This document shows positions 29,860 to 39,327 of a stretch of 43,813 nt of DNA, one piece after another. The translations under genes and the position numbers were made by a program. Below the pieces are notes generated by a model. It ran no database searches. It had not been told where the DNA came from and saw only the letters and a list, made by a program, of their open reading frames with translations. Where the stretch lies: positions 1 to 43,813 of the forward strand of contig JAZKGS010000069.1 of the NCBI GenBank assembly GCA_040385805.1, read 5' to 3'. Position 1 is the stretch's first letter. Each line of letters opens with the position of its first letter. Origin of the DNA: Pseudomonadota bacterium (GTDB taxonomy: Bacteria > Pseudomonadota > Alphaproteobacteria > Sphingomonadales > Sphingomonadaceae).

Positions 29860-31968
29860 TCAGGGCCGATAACGGCGCTTTGCGTTCTTGACGGCATCCG
29901 CCCATTCGAAATGCACAGGCTTGTACCCGCCGGCGACAAACAGTTTCATTTGGTCGGTATAATGCGGTGATTCGGGCCGCGTTGTGGCTGCACCATAAGG
30001 CTGGATCGATTCCGACTGCACATTTCCGTCCTTGTCCCAGCGGGTCAGCATGATGAAACTATCGCCATGCCGGACGCGCGCCATGCCGTCGGGTTGATCT
30101 GCATCCCATATCGTCGTCGCGCGCAAGGCATCGCTTCCACCAAGCATCGGCAAATCGACGTCACCGCGGCGCAGGCGCTGAATTTCGGCAAGCGGCGGGT
30201 CAATCCGTCCAAAGCGCTTTTTGAACTCTGTCACAGCCTCCTGAAGCGTTTTACGGGCATCTGGCATCTTGTCGCCGCGCCAGTTCGGACGCGCGCCAAA
30301 GCGGATGATGCGCTCGGCAAAGGCATCGGCATCGCCCTTGCCATCGCTTGACCAATCCCAGCTGGCGAGCAGCTTCTGCGCTTCGGCAAGCTCAGGCGCG
30401 TCCTTCAAATCCAGCGCCGCGAAGGACGCCATCCATGCCCCGACCCATCCTCGCTTGCTGTAAATCGTGTCCATCTTGATCGCAAGCAGCTCCTCTGGCG
30501 TGATCGACGTGTCGGCCGTGAGCAACTCGGTTGCGCGCAAGCCCCGGTTTGTCATGCCAAGTTCAATGCCGAGATAAGGCGAGTAAGCCGCACGATCCAT
30601 TTCCGACCCCGGACCAGCTGCCAAAAACGGGGTGTTATTGGCGTTCTGGACAAATCCAGACGCCGGATCCACAATCTTGGGATAGCGGTCAAAGCCAACT
30701 GGCCCAGCCCACATCGCCTTCGATGTATCGCCCGGAAGCAGCTTGGTATAATCATAACCGGGCTTACGGTTAGGGAAGAGCGCATTGTATATATAGGCAA
30801 CGCGGCCAGTCTTATCGGCATAGATAAAGTTCGTTGCCGGAATACCGCCAATCGACATGGACTTTGTCCATTCGTCCCAATTGGTCGCCTTGGTGTTACG
30901 GTAATATTGTTCAACGACCTTCACATTGTCGATGCCCGCATAGCGGATGGCGTAATAGCCATTGTCATTTTTAATGACGGGTCCGTGAATCGACCGATAC
31001 ACCGTCTGCGGCACGGGCAAATTGAATGGCCCCATTTTTACTGGTAGCCAAACCCGCTTCGACGTCAGCGGCATCCATTTGCCGTCATAACGATATTGGT
31101 CGCCCGCCTCGTTCATCACAAGCTTGTAGACGTCGATCAGGTCGGGACGGTTGACAGTATTAGTCCAACCCAGATGGCGGTTGTGGCCCAGCAGGACAAA
31201 AGGCGACCCGGGGAATAACGCCCCTGCCATATCAAGCCCCTCGCCCGAATGCGTAACGGCTTCATACCAGGCAACCTGTCCTTCATATGGCTGGTGCGAG
31301 TTTGAAATCAGCCAGGTCTTGCCATCTGCCATCCGCTTTGGCGCAATGGCAAAGGCGTTGGAGCCGTTCATTTCGGGATCACGCCCGATCGGCGTCATTG
31401 GCGCTGCATTTTCTCTCGGCAGAGGCTTGCCTTCGGTCAACGCACCGATAGCGCCATCAAGCCCGTAGAAAAACGGCGCGCGAAGGACGAAGCCAGTGAC
31501 GATGTCCTTTCCGGTCACCGGAAACAACTTTGAAAGCCGGACCTCTTCGGGATGCTTTGACGCGTAATAGTTTAATCCAGCAGCATAAGCCTCCGCCACC
31601 GCGCGGACTTCAGGCGACAATTCCATATAGCGCGTCTCGGCAGTTTCCCGCGCGCCCAATAGGTGCAGCACGTAATCGACCTTTGCCCCGTCGGACCCCG
31701 CAAGCGCGCCATAGCGGCCACGCGTCATGGCGACGACATCCTCAATCGTTGAAAAATCATCTTCGGCATGGGCAAAGGCCAAGCCATAAGCCGTGTCGGC
31801 GTCGGTTTTGCCGTTAATGTGCGGCACGCCATAGCTATCGCGCACAATTTCAACATCATATTTGCGGGTTGGCATTTCATAGCCAGTCGCCGCCAACGGC
31901 TCCCAAAGCGCACCTGCCCCTGCAACCACGCCAACAAGCGCCAATGACGCCCACAAAAATTTCCGCAT
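29860..31968 (-). CDS. Penicillin acylase family (S45) Ntn hydrolase
   Basis: RDSYGVPHI, AHAED, G-SNAFAI nucleophile, SNSHQP and QNANN motifs; N-terminal hydrophobic anchor. Confidence 0.92.
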   Translation of the reverse strand: MRKFLWASLALVGVVAGAGALWEPLAATGYEMPTRKYDVEIVRDSYGVPHINGKTDADTAYGLAFAHAEDDFSTIEDVVAMTRGRYGALAGSDGAKVDYVLHLLGARETAETRYMELSPEVRAVAEAYAAGLNYYASKHPEEVRLSKLFPVTGKDIVTGFVLRAPFFYGLDGAIGALTEGKPLPRENAAPMTPIGRDPEMNGSNAFAIAPKRMADGKTWLISNSHQPYEGQVAWYEAVTHSGEGLDMAGALFPGSPFVLLGHNRHLGWTNTVNRPDLIDVYKLVMNEAGDQYRYDGKWMPLTSKRVWLPVKMGPFNLPVPQTVYRSIHGPVIKNDNGYYAIRYAGIDNVKVVEQYYRNTKATNWDEWTKSMSIGGIPATNFIYADKTGRVAYIYNALFPNRKPGYDYTKLLPGDTSKAMWAGPVGFDRYPKIVDPASGFVQNANNTPFLAAGPGSEMDRAAYSPYLGIELGMTNRGLRATELLTADTSITPEELLAIKMDTIYSKRGWVGAWMASFAALDLKDAPELAEAQKLLASWDWSSDGKGDADAFAERIIRFGARPNWRGDKMPDARKTLQEAVTEFKKRFGRIDPPLAEIQRLRRGDVDLPMLGGSDALRATTIWDADQPDGMARVRHGDSFIMLTRWDKDGNVQSESIQPYGAATTRPESPHYTDQMKLFVAGGYKPVHFEWADAVKNAKRRYRP

Positions 31969-32060
31969 CAAACTCTCCCTGTGCAGTGAGACCTTGTCAC
32001 GTTGGTTCACTCGCGTACATAACGGGCATAACCAAGAAATACGGAAAGGAAAGTCTCTCG

Positions 32061-33623
32061 ATGCATCGCACCTTCATCGCTCTTGCCCTGGCAAGCGCGG
32101 CAATCACCCCGGCATTCGGTCAAGCAGACGTCATTGGATCCGGCGTGTCGCCATCGGCCGCTGCGCATTCGCAGACCCGCCCAATCAATTTCGCAGCGAC
32201 CGCGCCAACCTCCGGCGCTTTGGTGATCATCATGCGCAACGCAACGCTGCCGGCCGGCGTTGTCGATGCCGCAACGGCGCAAGCGCTGAACGCGGCGATT
32301 GCGGCGGCAAAATATGAAGGCAAAGAAGGCAGCAATTTGTCCCTGCGCGGCATTGGCAATTATCCGCGCATCATTTTGAGTGGGACCGGCGAAGAAGGCG
32401 ATCGCATCACCAATATCCGCAACGCCTCGGGCAAAGCCGCGCAGGATTTGCGCGACGAAGGCCAGCCAGTGACCATCACAGGCGGCCTGAACCAAGACGA
32501 AGCTGCCGCAGCTGCCCTGGGCTATGCCATGGGCCAATATCGCTTTGACCGCTACAAAACCGTCGATCGCAAAACGCCGCCAACCAACCCGGTGACAATC
32601 GTCAGCAGCGATGCGGCAAATGCAGAAGCTTTGTGGAAATCGCGGCATTCGGTCCTGGCCGAGGGCGTTGCTTTGTCTCGCGATCTGGCGGCCGAGCCGG
32701 CCAATGTCATCTACCCAGAAACCTTTGTTGAGCGCGTGCGCGCCGCATTTGGCAATACTGCCAATGTCAAAATCGAAGTGCTCGATGAACCCGCCATGCG
32801 CAAATTGGGCATGGGAACACTTGTCGGCGTTGGTCAAGGCTCGCGCCGTCCATCGCGCCTGATGATTGTCGAATATCGCGGCGGTGGCGATGGCGCGCCA
32901 TTGGCGATGGTCGGCAAGGGCATCACCTTTGATTCCGGTGGGATGTCGTTGAAACCCGGCGCTGGCATGTGGGAAATGAAGGCCGACATGTCTGGCGCGG
33001 CCAACATCATGGGGGCAGTCTTGTCCCTCGCAAAATCAAAGGCGCAGGTTAACGTCATCGGCGTTGCCGCGCTTTCGGAAAACATGCCCGGTGGCAATGC
33101 GCAGCGTCCCGGTGACGTTGTGCGCACGATGAGCGGCAAGACAATTGAGGTCCTGAACACTGACGCCGAAGGCCGTTTAGTGATGGCGGACGCCAATGAA
33201 TATATCGTAGCCAATAAAAAGCCCGGCGCGTTGGTGAACATGGCGACGTTAACAGGCTCCATCGTTGGCGCGCTGAATGACGAATATGCTGGCCTGTTCA
33301 GCCGGGACGACCGGTTGGCGGCAGCCGTCGCCGCAGCAGGCAGCGCAACGGGTGAAGAAGTGTGGCGCATGCCGCTGCACAAAAATTACCTCGATGACAT
33401 GAAATCAGACATCGCCGACATCAAAAATGTGGTTGAAGGCGGCGGTCCGGGTGCTGGCTTGGGCGCAACTTTTGTTGGCTTCTTCGTCGATAAAAATGTC
33501 CCTTGGGCGCATCTCGATATTGCAGGCGTCAACTGGGCCGATAAGGCCGGGCCAACAACGCCAAAGGGTGCTTCTGGCTGGGGCGTGCAGTTGCTGGACG
33601 CGCTCGCTCGCAATTGGCGTTAA
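32061..33623 (+). CDS. pepA: M17 leucyl aminopeptidase with predicted signal peptide
   Basis: VGKGITFDSGG..LK, MKADM, NTDAEGRL and WAHLDIAG motifs. ATG 32061 is followed by a hydrophobic signal. Confidence 0.92.
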   Translation: MHRTFIALALASAAITPAFGQADVIGSGVSPSAAAHSQTRPINFAATAPTSGALVIIMRNATLPAGVVDAATAQALNAAIAAAKYEGKEGSNLSLRGIGNYPRIILSGTGEEGDRITNIRNASGKAAQDLRDEGQPVTITGGLNQDEAAAAALGYAMGQYRFDRYKTVDRKTPPTNPVTIVSSDAANAEALWKSRHSVLAEGVALSRDLAAEPANVIYPETFVERVRAAFGNTANVKIEVLDEPAMRKLGMGTLVGVGQGSRRPSRLMIVEYRGGGDGAPLAMVGKGITFDSGGMSLKPGAGMWEMKADMSGAANIMGAVLSLAKSKAQVNVIGVAALSENMPGGNAQRPGDVVRTMSGKTIEVLNTDAEGRLVMADANEYIVANKKPGALVNMATLTGSIVGALNDEYAGLFSRDDRLAAAVAAAGSATGEEVWRMPLHKNYLDDMKSDIADIKNVVEGGGPGAGLGATFVGFFVDKNVPWAHLDIAGVNWADKAGPTTPKGASGWGVQLLDALARNWR

Positions 33624-33673
33624 CTTTCGCTTCGTCGCATTTTTGGCGGAAAACCGTATTTAGGGATTCCTTT

Positions 33674-33707
33674 TGTTAAGCCCCCGTTTAGTTATGGGGG
33701 CTTAGCA
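33674..33707. terminator. Intergenic hairpin (possible terminator)
   Basis: tgttaagccccc / gggggcttagca stem; no clear downstream U-tract. Confidence 0.4.
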
Positions 33708-33756
33708 CAGTGCGCATACACTGAAAGTCGGGCGGGGGTCCGACAGGGGGCGGAAC

Positions 33757-34896
33757 ATGGTATCACGTTGGGAAGCAGCAACTGCACGGGCCTGGTACGC
33801 ATCTATACCATGGCATAGCGGCTGTAATTTCGCGCCATCCTACGCCATCAATCAGCTTGAGATGTGGCAAGCCGAAACTTTTGACCTAGCCGCGATCGAT
33901 GGGGAATTGTCGCTCGCCGCCTCGGTCGGCATGAACGCCGTTCGCGTCTATCTGCACGACCTTTTATGGTTGCAAGATGCCGAAGGCTTCATGGCTCGGA
34001 TTGAGGCATTCTTGCAGCATGCCGACGCGCATAAAATCCGCACGATGTTTGTATTGTTCGATTCCTGCTGGGACCCGGACCCAGCACTTGGCTCGCAGCG
34101 CGCACCACTGCCCGGTGTGCATAATAGCGGGTGGGTGCAAGCTCCCGGTATGAAGGCCTTAAACGATCCAGCACAACATGGCCGGCTTGAAGCCTATGTC
34201 CGCGGGATTGTTGGCCGCTTTGCCCATGATCAGCGCATTTTGGCGTGGGATATCTGGAATGAGCCTGACAACGGTCCTGACGTTGCGTTGTGCGATGCCG
34301 ACGAATGGCGCATCAAGGGCGAACTCGTTCGGCCGATGATGGTGGACGCCTTTGGCTGGGCACGTGCCTCAGATCCAACGCAACCACTGACAAGCGCAAT
34401 CTGGATCGGCGATTGGTCTGACCATGACAAGTTGACCCCGTTGCAACAGGCGCAGATCGACAATTCGGATATCATTACCTTCCACAATTATGGCGGGGCA
34501 GAAGATTTTGCCCGGCGCGTGGAATGGCTTGAGGTTTATGGCCGCCCGATCATGTGCAGCGAATATATGGCGCGTCCAGCGGGAAGCACATTTCAGGCAA
34601 TATTACCTATCGCGCAGAAGCATCGCATCGGCATGTTCTGCTGGGGCCTTGTGCGCGGCAAAACGCAGACGCATCTGCCATGGGCCAACTGGATTAGCCC
34701 GTTGAAGGATTTCCCTGCCGACGCATGGTTCCACGATGTCTTTGACGAAGACGGCAACCCGCACGATATCGCCGAGTTCGAATTCCTGCGGATGATGCAC
34801 AATGTCGAGCATTTTGCCGAAACTGGCCAGCCGGGCGGCGGGCCAAAGCCCAAGCGGGTCAAGGTCGCAGCACGGAAGCTGGCCACCGTCGCTTAA
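33757..34896 (+). CDS. Clan GH-A glycoside hydrolase (GH5/GH2-like)
   Basis: GMNAVRVYLH, WDIWNEP (acid/base), TFHNY and CSEY (nucleophile) motifs. Confidence 0.85.
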   Translation: MVSRWEAATARAWYASIPWHSGCNFAPSYAINQLEMWQAETFDLAAIDGELSLAASVGMNAVRVYLHDLLWLQDAEGFMARIEAFLQHADAHKIRTMFVLFDSCWDPDPALGSQRAPLPGVHNSGWVQAPGMKALNDPAQHGRLEAYVRGIVGRFAHDQRILAWDIWNEPDNGPDVALCDADEWRIKGELVRPMMVDAFGWARASDPTQPLTSAIWIGDWSDHDKLTPLQQAQIDNSDIITFHNYGGAEDFARRVEWLEVYGRPIMCSEYMARPAGSTFQAILPIAQKHRIGMFCWGLVRGKTQTHLPWANWISPLKDFPADAWFHDVFDEDGNPHDIAEFEFLRMMHNVEHFAETGQPGGGPKPKRVKVAARKLATVA

Positions 34897-34911
34897 GCGC
34901 CAACCATCGCA

Positions 34912-34939
34912 CTTGTGTTGCGAAAATGCCGCACTACAT
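34912..34939 (+). promoter_or_regulatory. Putative RpoH (sigma32) promoter of clpB
   Basis: CTTG...CTACAT with alphaproteobacterial RpoH-like spacing, about 60 bp upstream of clpB. Confidence 0.45.
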
Positions 34940-34999
34940 TCTGTGTAGACATGGAGTCTTTGTGAACAAAGGCTTCATCGGCATATTAGGGATAAGCGC

Positions 35000-37576
35000 A
35001 TGAACCTCGAAAAATTCACGGACCGGGCTAAGGGTTTTCTGCAAAGCGCGCAGACCGTCGCGATACGCATGAGCCATCAACGCATTGGGCCCGAACATCT
35101 TTTGAAAGCCTTGCTTGAGGACGAACAGGGCATGGCGTCCGGCCTCATCAAGGCCGCTGGCGGCGATGCGGCAACGGCGTTGCGCGAAACCGATGCTGCG
35201 CTGGCCAAGGTGCCTGCGGTATCGGGCGGCGGCGCGCAACAGACGCCGGGCCTCGATAATGATGCCGTGCGTGTTCTCGATGCCGCCGAACAAGTCGCGC
35301 AGAAAGCTGGCGACAGCTATGTCACCGTTGAGCGCTTGTTGCTTGCGCTTGCGCTTGCCACGACCACGACGGCAGGCAAGGCGTTAGCGTCGGCAGCGGT
35401 CACCGCCGAGGGACTGAACGCCGCCATTAACGAACTGCGTGGTGGTCGTTCGGCTGACACCGCTGGCGCGGAAGACCGCTATGACGCGCTGAAGAAATTT
35501 GCACGCGACCTGACTGAAGTTGCGCGCGCAGGCAAGCTTGACCCGGTCATTGGCCGCGACGAAGAAATCCGCCGCACTATCCAAATTCTGGCGCGGCGTA
35601 CCAAAAACAACCCTGTGCTGATCGGTGAGCCCGGCGTCGGCAAAACGGCTATCGCCGAAGGCCTTGCTTTACGCATTGCCAATGGCGACGTGCCCGACAG
35701 CCTGAAGCATCGTAAATTGCTGTCGCTCGATATGGGCGCTTTAATCGCTGGCGCGAAATATCGCGGCGAATTTGAAGAGCGGTTGAAGGGCGTGCTCGAC
35801 GAGGTCAAGCAAGCCGAGGGTGACATCATCCTGTTCATCGACGAAATGCACACGCTTGTAGGCGCTGGCAAAGGCGAAGGCGCGATGGACGCTGCCAACC
35901 TCATCAAGCCAGCCTTGTCGCGCGGCGAACTGCATTGCATTGGTGCCACCACGCTCGATGAATATCAAAAGCATGTCGAGAAAGACCCAGCACTTCAACG
36001 CCGGTTTCAGCCGATTTTTGTTGGCGAACCCACGGTCGAAGATACAATCTCCATCTTGCGCGGCTTGAAGGAAAAATACGAGCTTCACCATGGCGTGCGC
36101 ATTACCGACAGCGCATTGGTGAGTGCTGCAACGCTATCGCACCGGTATATTTCCGACCGTTTCCTGCCCGATAAGGCCATCGACCTAATGGACGAGGCGG
36201 CATCGCGGTTGCGGATGGAGGTTGAGTCGAAGCCCGAGGAGATTGAAACGCTCGACCGCCGCATCATCCAGTTAAAGATTGAACGCGAAGCGCTTGGCAA
36301 GGAAAGTGATGCGGCCTCCAAGGACCGTTTGGCCAACCTGGAAGGCGAACTCGCCAATCTGGAGCAGCAATCACTTGAACTAACGCAGCGTTGGCAGGCG
36401 GAAAAAGATAAAATTTCCGCAGAAGCCAAAATCAAGGAACTGCTTGATGGTGCGCGGATCGAGCTGGAACAGGCGCAGCGTTCGGGCGACCTCGCCAAGG
36501 CAGGCGAGCTGCAATATGGCACGATACCCGGGCTGGAAAAGCAGCTTGAAGAGGCCGAGGCCGCGGCTGGCAACGCGATGCTGCGCGAGGAAGTCACCGC
36601 GCAGGACATCGCCAGCGTCGTCAGCCGCTGGACGGGAATTCCTGTCGACAAAATGCTTGAGGGCGAACGCGACAAGTTGCTCAACATGGAGCAACTGATC
36701 GGCGCGCGGGTTATTGGCCAGAAGGATGCGGTCGAGGCCGTCTCCAAGGCTGTTCGCCGGTCTCGCGCGGGGCTTCAAGACCCAAATCGTCCGCTTGGCT
36801 CATTCCTGTTCCTTGGGCCAACGGGCGTCGGCAAGACCGAGCTGACCAAGGCGCTCGCGTCATTCCTGTTCGATGATGACAATGCGATGGTCCGCATCGA
36901 CATGTCGGAATTTATGGAAAAGCACAGCGTCGCCCGCCTCGTCGGCGCGCCTCCGGGCTATGTCGGCTATGAAGAAGGGGGCGTACTCACCGAAGCCGTG
37001 CGCCGTCGGCCTTATCAGGTTGTATTGTTCGACGAGGTCGAGAAAGCCCATTCGGACGTGTTCAACATTCTGCTGCAGGTGTTGGATGATGGCCGCTTGA
37101 CCGATGGCCAAGGCCGCACGGTGGATTTTTCCAACACGCTGATCATTTTGACATCCAACTTGGGCAGTCAACATCTGGCCGCGCTGGAAGACGGGCAGGA
37201 TGTGAAAGAGGTCGAGCCACAGGTCATGGACATTGTGCGCGGCCATTTCCGCCCTGAATTCCTGAACCGATTGGACGAGGTCATATTGTTCCACCGTCTG
37301 GGTGCCGACCATATGGCGCCGATCGTCGATATTCAGGTCAAGCGCGTGCAAAAGCTGTTGAAGGACCGCAAGATCACGCTGGCTCTGTCCGAAGAAGCCA
37401 AGGCATGGCTTGGCCGCGTGGGCTACGACCCGGTCTATGGCGCACGGCCATTGAAACGCGCGATCCAACGCTATCTTCAGGACCCGCTGGCAGACATGCT
37501 TTTACGCGGCGGGATCCCAGACGGTGCGACGGTGACGGTAGAAGAAGGTGATGGTGCGTTGAAGCTGGGGGTTTAG
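35000..37576 (+). CDS. clpB: ATP-dependent chaperone ClpB
   Basis: Two AAA+ modules ([16 protein letters not shown]), coiled-coil M domain, RIDMSEFME and GARPLKR. Confidence 0.98.
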   Translation: MNLEKFTDRAKGFLQSAQTVAIRMSHQRIGPEHLLKALLEDEQGMASGLIKAAGGDAATALRETDAALAKVPAVSGGGAQQTPGLDNDAVRVLDAAEQVAQKAGDSYVTVERLLLALALATTTTAGKALASAAVTAEGLNAAINELRGGRSADTAGAEDRYDALKKFARDLTEVARAGKLDPVIGRDEEIRRTIQILARRTKNNPVLIGEPGVGKTAIAEGLALRIANGDVPDSLKHRKLLSLDMGALIAGAKYRGEFEERLKGVLDEVKQAEGDIILFIDEMHTLVGAGKGEGAMDAANLIKPALSRGELHCIGATTLDEYQKHVEKDPALQRRFQPIFVGEPTVEDTISILRGLKEKYELHHGVRITDSALVSAATLSHRYISDRFLPDKAIDLMDEAASRLRMEVESKPEEIETLDRRIIQLKIEREALGKESDAASKDRLANLEGELANLEQQSLELTQRWQAEKDKISAEAKIKELLDGARIELEQAQRSGDLAKAGELQYGTIPGLEKQLEEAEAAAGNAMLREEVTAQDIASVVSRWTGIPVDKMLEGERDKLLNMEQLIGARVIGQKDAVEAVSKAVRRSRAGLQDPNRPLGSFLFLGPTGVGKTELTKALASFLFDDDNAMVRIDMSEFMEKHSVARLVGAPPGYVGYEEGGVLTEAVRRRPYQVVLFDEVEKAHSDVFNILLQVLDDGRLTDGQGRTVDFSNTLIILTSNLGSQHLAALEDGQDVKEVEPQVMDIVRGHFRPEFLNRLDEVILFHRLGADHMAPIVDIQVKRVQKLLKDRKITLALSEEAKAWLGRVGYDPVYGARPLKRAIQRYLQDPLADMLLRGGIPDGATVTVEEGDGALKLGV

Positions 37577-37698
37577 AGGCGCTTGGTGCCTGCAGTGCTC
37601 TGGCTGCTGACCATGCACAGGCAGCCAGAATGCTCCATTTCCACGCCACCGCCTTAAACGCGCAAACTTATGTCGGGCATTTATCCCGCAAGAGCAGA

Positions 37699-38010
37699 TT
37701 ACTGACCGCCCGGGCGTGAAGTTCCATCTTCGACCATGCGGCGAGCGAGATCGTTGCCAGATTCGGTCATCCTCCGCCACTCTGCCAATGTTTTGCACAC
37801 CTTCCCTTTTTTCACCAATGATCCGGTCACCCTAACGGTGCGACACCGCACAGCCTGGTCTGCTTCAGAACCAGTCTCGGCGGAGGCTTTGGGGCTACCT
37901 TCAGCTACCCGTGCGGACGCCGGAACTGTCACAGGTGCTGGAGCTGGCGCCCGAGCTAAAACAGGCGACATCATGTTAGCGGCTAAGATGGTTAAAAGGA
38001 GATAGCGCAT
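37699..38010 (-). CDS. Small exported protein with a C-terminal CX15C motif
   Basis: RBS AAGGA, signal peptide ending VLA, Ala/Pro linker, then CRTVRVTGSLVKKGKVCKTLAEW. Confidence 0.78.
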   Translation of the reverse strand: MRYLLLTILAANMMSPVLARAPAPAPVTVPASARVAEGSPKASAETGSEADQAVRCRTVRVTGSLVKKGKVCKTLAEWRRMTESGNDLARRMVEDGTSRPGGQ

Positions 38011-38092
38011 TAAAATATTCCTTCGTGATGATCGCTCTGCAACTAACACAGACGTCCTGTCGTGCAAATAGCGAAGAAAATAATATTTTAAT

Positions 38093-39277
38093 TCAAGTAG
38101 TAAGGTTAAATCCTGTCGCGTCTGCAGCGGCATAGTATCGGGCGATCACCTCTTGCTCCGCGACAGTTAAATGGGGATTCCAAACGTCAAAGATAAGAAC
38201 AGCACGAATTTTATCGCTATCATTCCATGCTTCATGTTCGATCGTGTCGTCAAAAGCAAAAGCCTTCCCCACCTGCCATTCGCGAGTTTCGCCCCCGACA
38301 CGGAAGCCGCATTTCTCCGGCACTATGAGTGGCAAATGAATGATCGCACGCGTGTTCGTGACACCGGTGTGTGGCGGAATTCGGGTATGCGGTTTCAATA
38401 TCGAGAAAAAAGCACTGGGTGCGCGGCCCGGAAGCGTTGCAGTTGGTAGGCTGGACAAGGCAGCAGCTGTGTTGGGGCAGCGGTCCAGAACAGCCTGATT
38501 TGGCAGCCCGTATTCCCATAAAAAGCAGGCACCCCAGTCTAGCGACTGATCGAGAGCTGACCATTTATTTTCCGGAACGCCTGAATCCATCTTAACATAA
38601 GGCCGGAGCGCATCGCCCGGATCGGCAAGCAATGCCTCTAATTCCTTCTGTATGTCACCGGTCGCCGCTTCTATTGCAGGCATCCATGGAAAATGATGCT
38701 CGTCGAAAAATTCGTCCGCGGGGAGAAAGGGGTAATATAGTCCCTCGCATGTGTTGACGTAGGTCCGTCGGCGTCCCAGTGCCACATCGACAAATGCTTT
38801 ACTGCGCCGCAGCTCAGTCTCATCCAATGCCGCAGATAATGGCGCCAGGTCTGCGCTAACCGCATCTGCAATCTCGACCGTCGCTTGCGAGACAAATGTC
38901 CGGCCCTTCTGCAGTGCTGCGGCTATATCCGGCGATAGGTCTGATGCATCCGCCGCCATTTGGAGCACGCCGCTCCAGGCCACAAGCGCGTGCCCCTTTT
39001 CACCTGTCCGTTCATGCAATTCCGCTTTGCGGAGCCAACCCATGAAGTCGCGGCGGTCGATATTAATTGCAGCATCGAGTGCCTGCATTTCCCCTCTGTC
39101 ATCGCCTTGCGCGCGTCGAGCGGTTGCCACATTTCTCCAAAGCGCACTCGACATAGCGTCATGCATGGTGGCGGCCACGAACAGTCGCTCCGCTTCGGCA
39201 TAGCTTCCAGCCCGCAGAGCCAGCATACCCTGGCTGTTTAATCTGGCCGCTTCAGCCGGTGGTGCGCTTTGATTCAT
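38093..39277 (-). CDS. TPR-containing aspartyl/asparaginyl beta-hydroxylase-family 2OG-Fe(II) oxygenase
   Basis: N-terminal TPR-like helices; C-terminal FS.L.P..RIPPHTG, HLPL, FDDTIEHEAWN and R.VLIFDVW.P. ATG 39295 is an alternative start. Confidence 0.9.
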   Translation of the reverse strand: MNQSAPPAEAARLNSQGMLALRAGSYAEAERLFVAATMHDAMSSALWRNVATARRAQGDDRGEMQALDAAINIDRRDFMGWLRKAELHERTGEKGHALVAWSGVLQMAADASDLSPDIAAALQKGRTFVSQATVEIADAVSADLAPLSAALDETELRRSKAFVDVALGRRRTYVNTCEGLYYPFLPADEFFDEHHFPWMPAIEAATGDIQKELEALLADPGDALRPYVKMDSGVPENKWSALDQSLDWGACFLWEYGLPNQAVLDRCPNTAAALSSLPTATLPGRAPSAFFSILKPHTRIPPHTGVTNTRAIIHLPLIVPEKCGFRVGGETREWQVGKAFAFDDTIEHEAWNDSDKIRAVLIFDVWNPHLTVAEQEVIARYYAAADATGFNLTT

Positions 39278-39287
39278 GAGGCGAATG

Positions 39288-39315
39288 CTTGCCATTTACG
39301 GCTATAAACGGCAAG
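39288..39315. promoter_or_regulatory. Inverted repeat in the 50-bp divergent intergenic region
   Basis: CTTGCCATTTA-N6-TAAACGGCAAG (10/11 match). Confidence 0.5.
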
Positions 39316-39327
39316 GTCGAAGGCGTG

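Noticed and set aside
35479-37468. Several 110-220 aa antisense ORFs within clpB
   Set aside because: They lie wholly inside a conserved gene and are expected from codon bias.
37599-37633. Hairpin tctggctgc...gcagccaga after clpB as an sRNA or mobile element end
   Set aside because: It is most simply a terminator-like stem between convergent genes; there is no other support.
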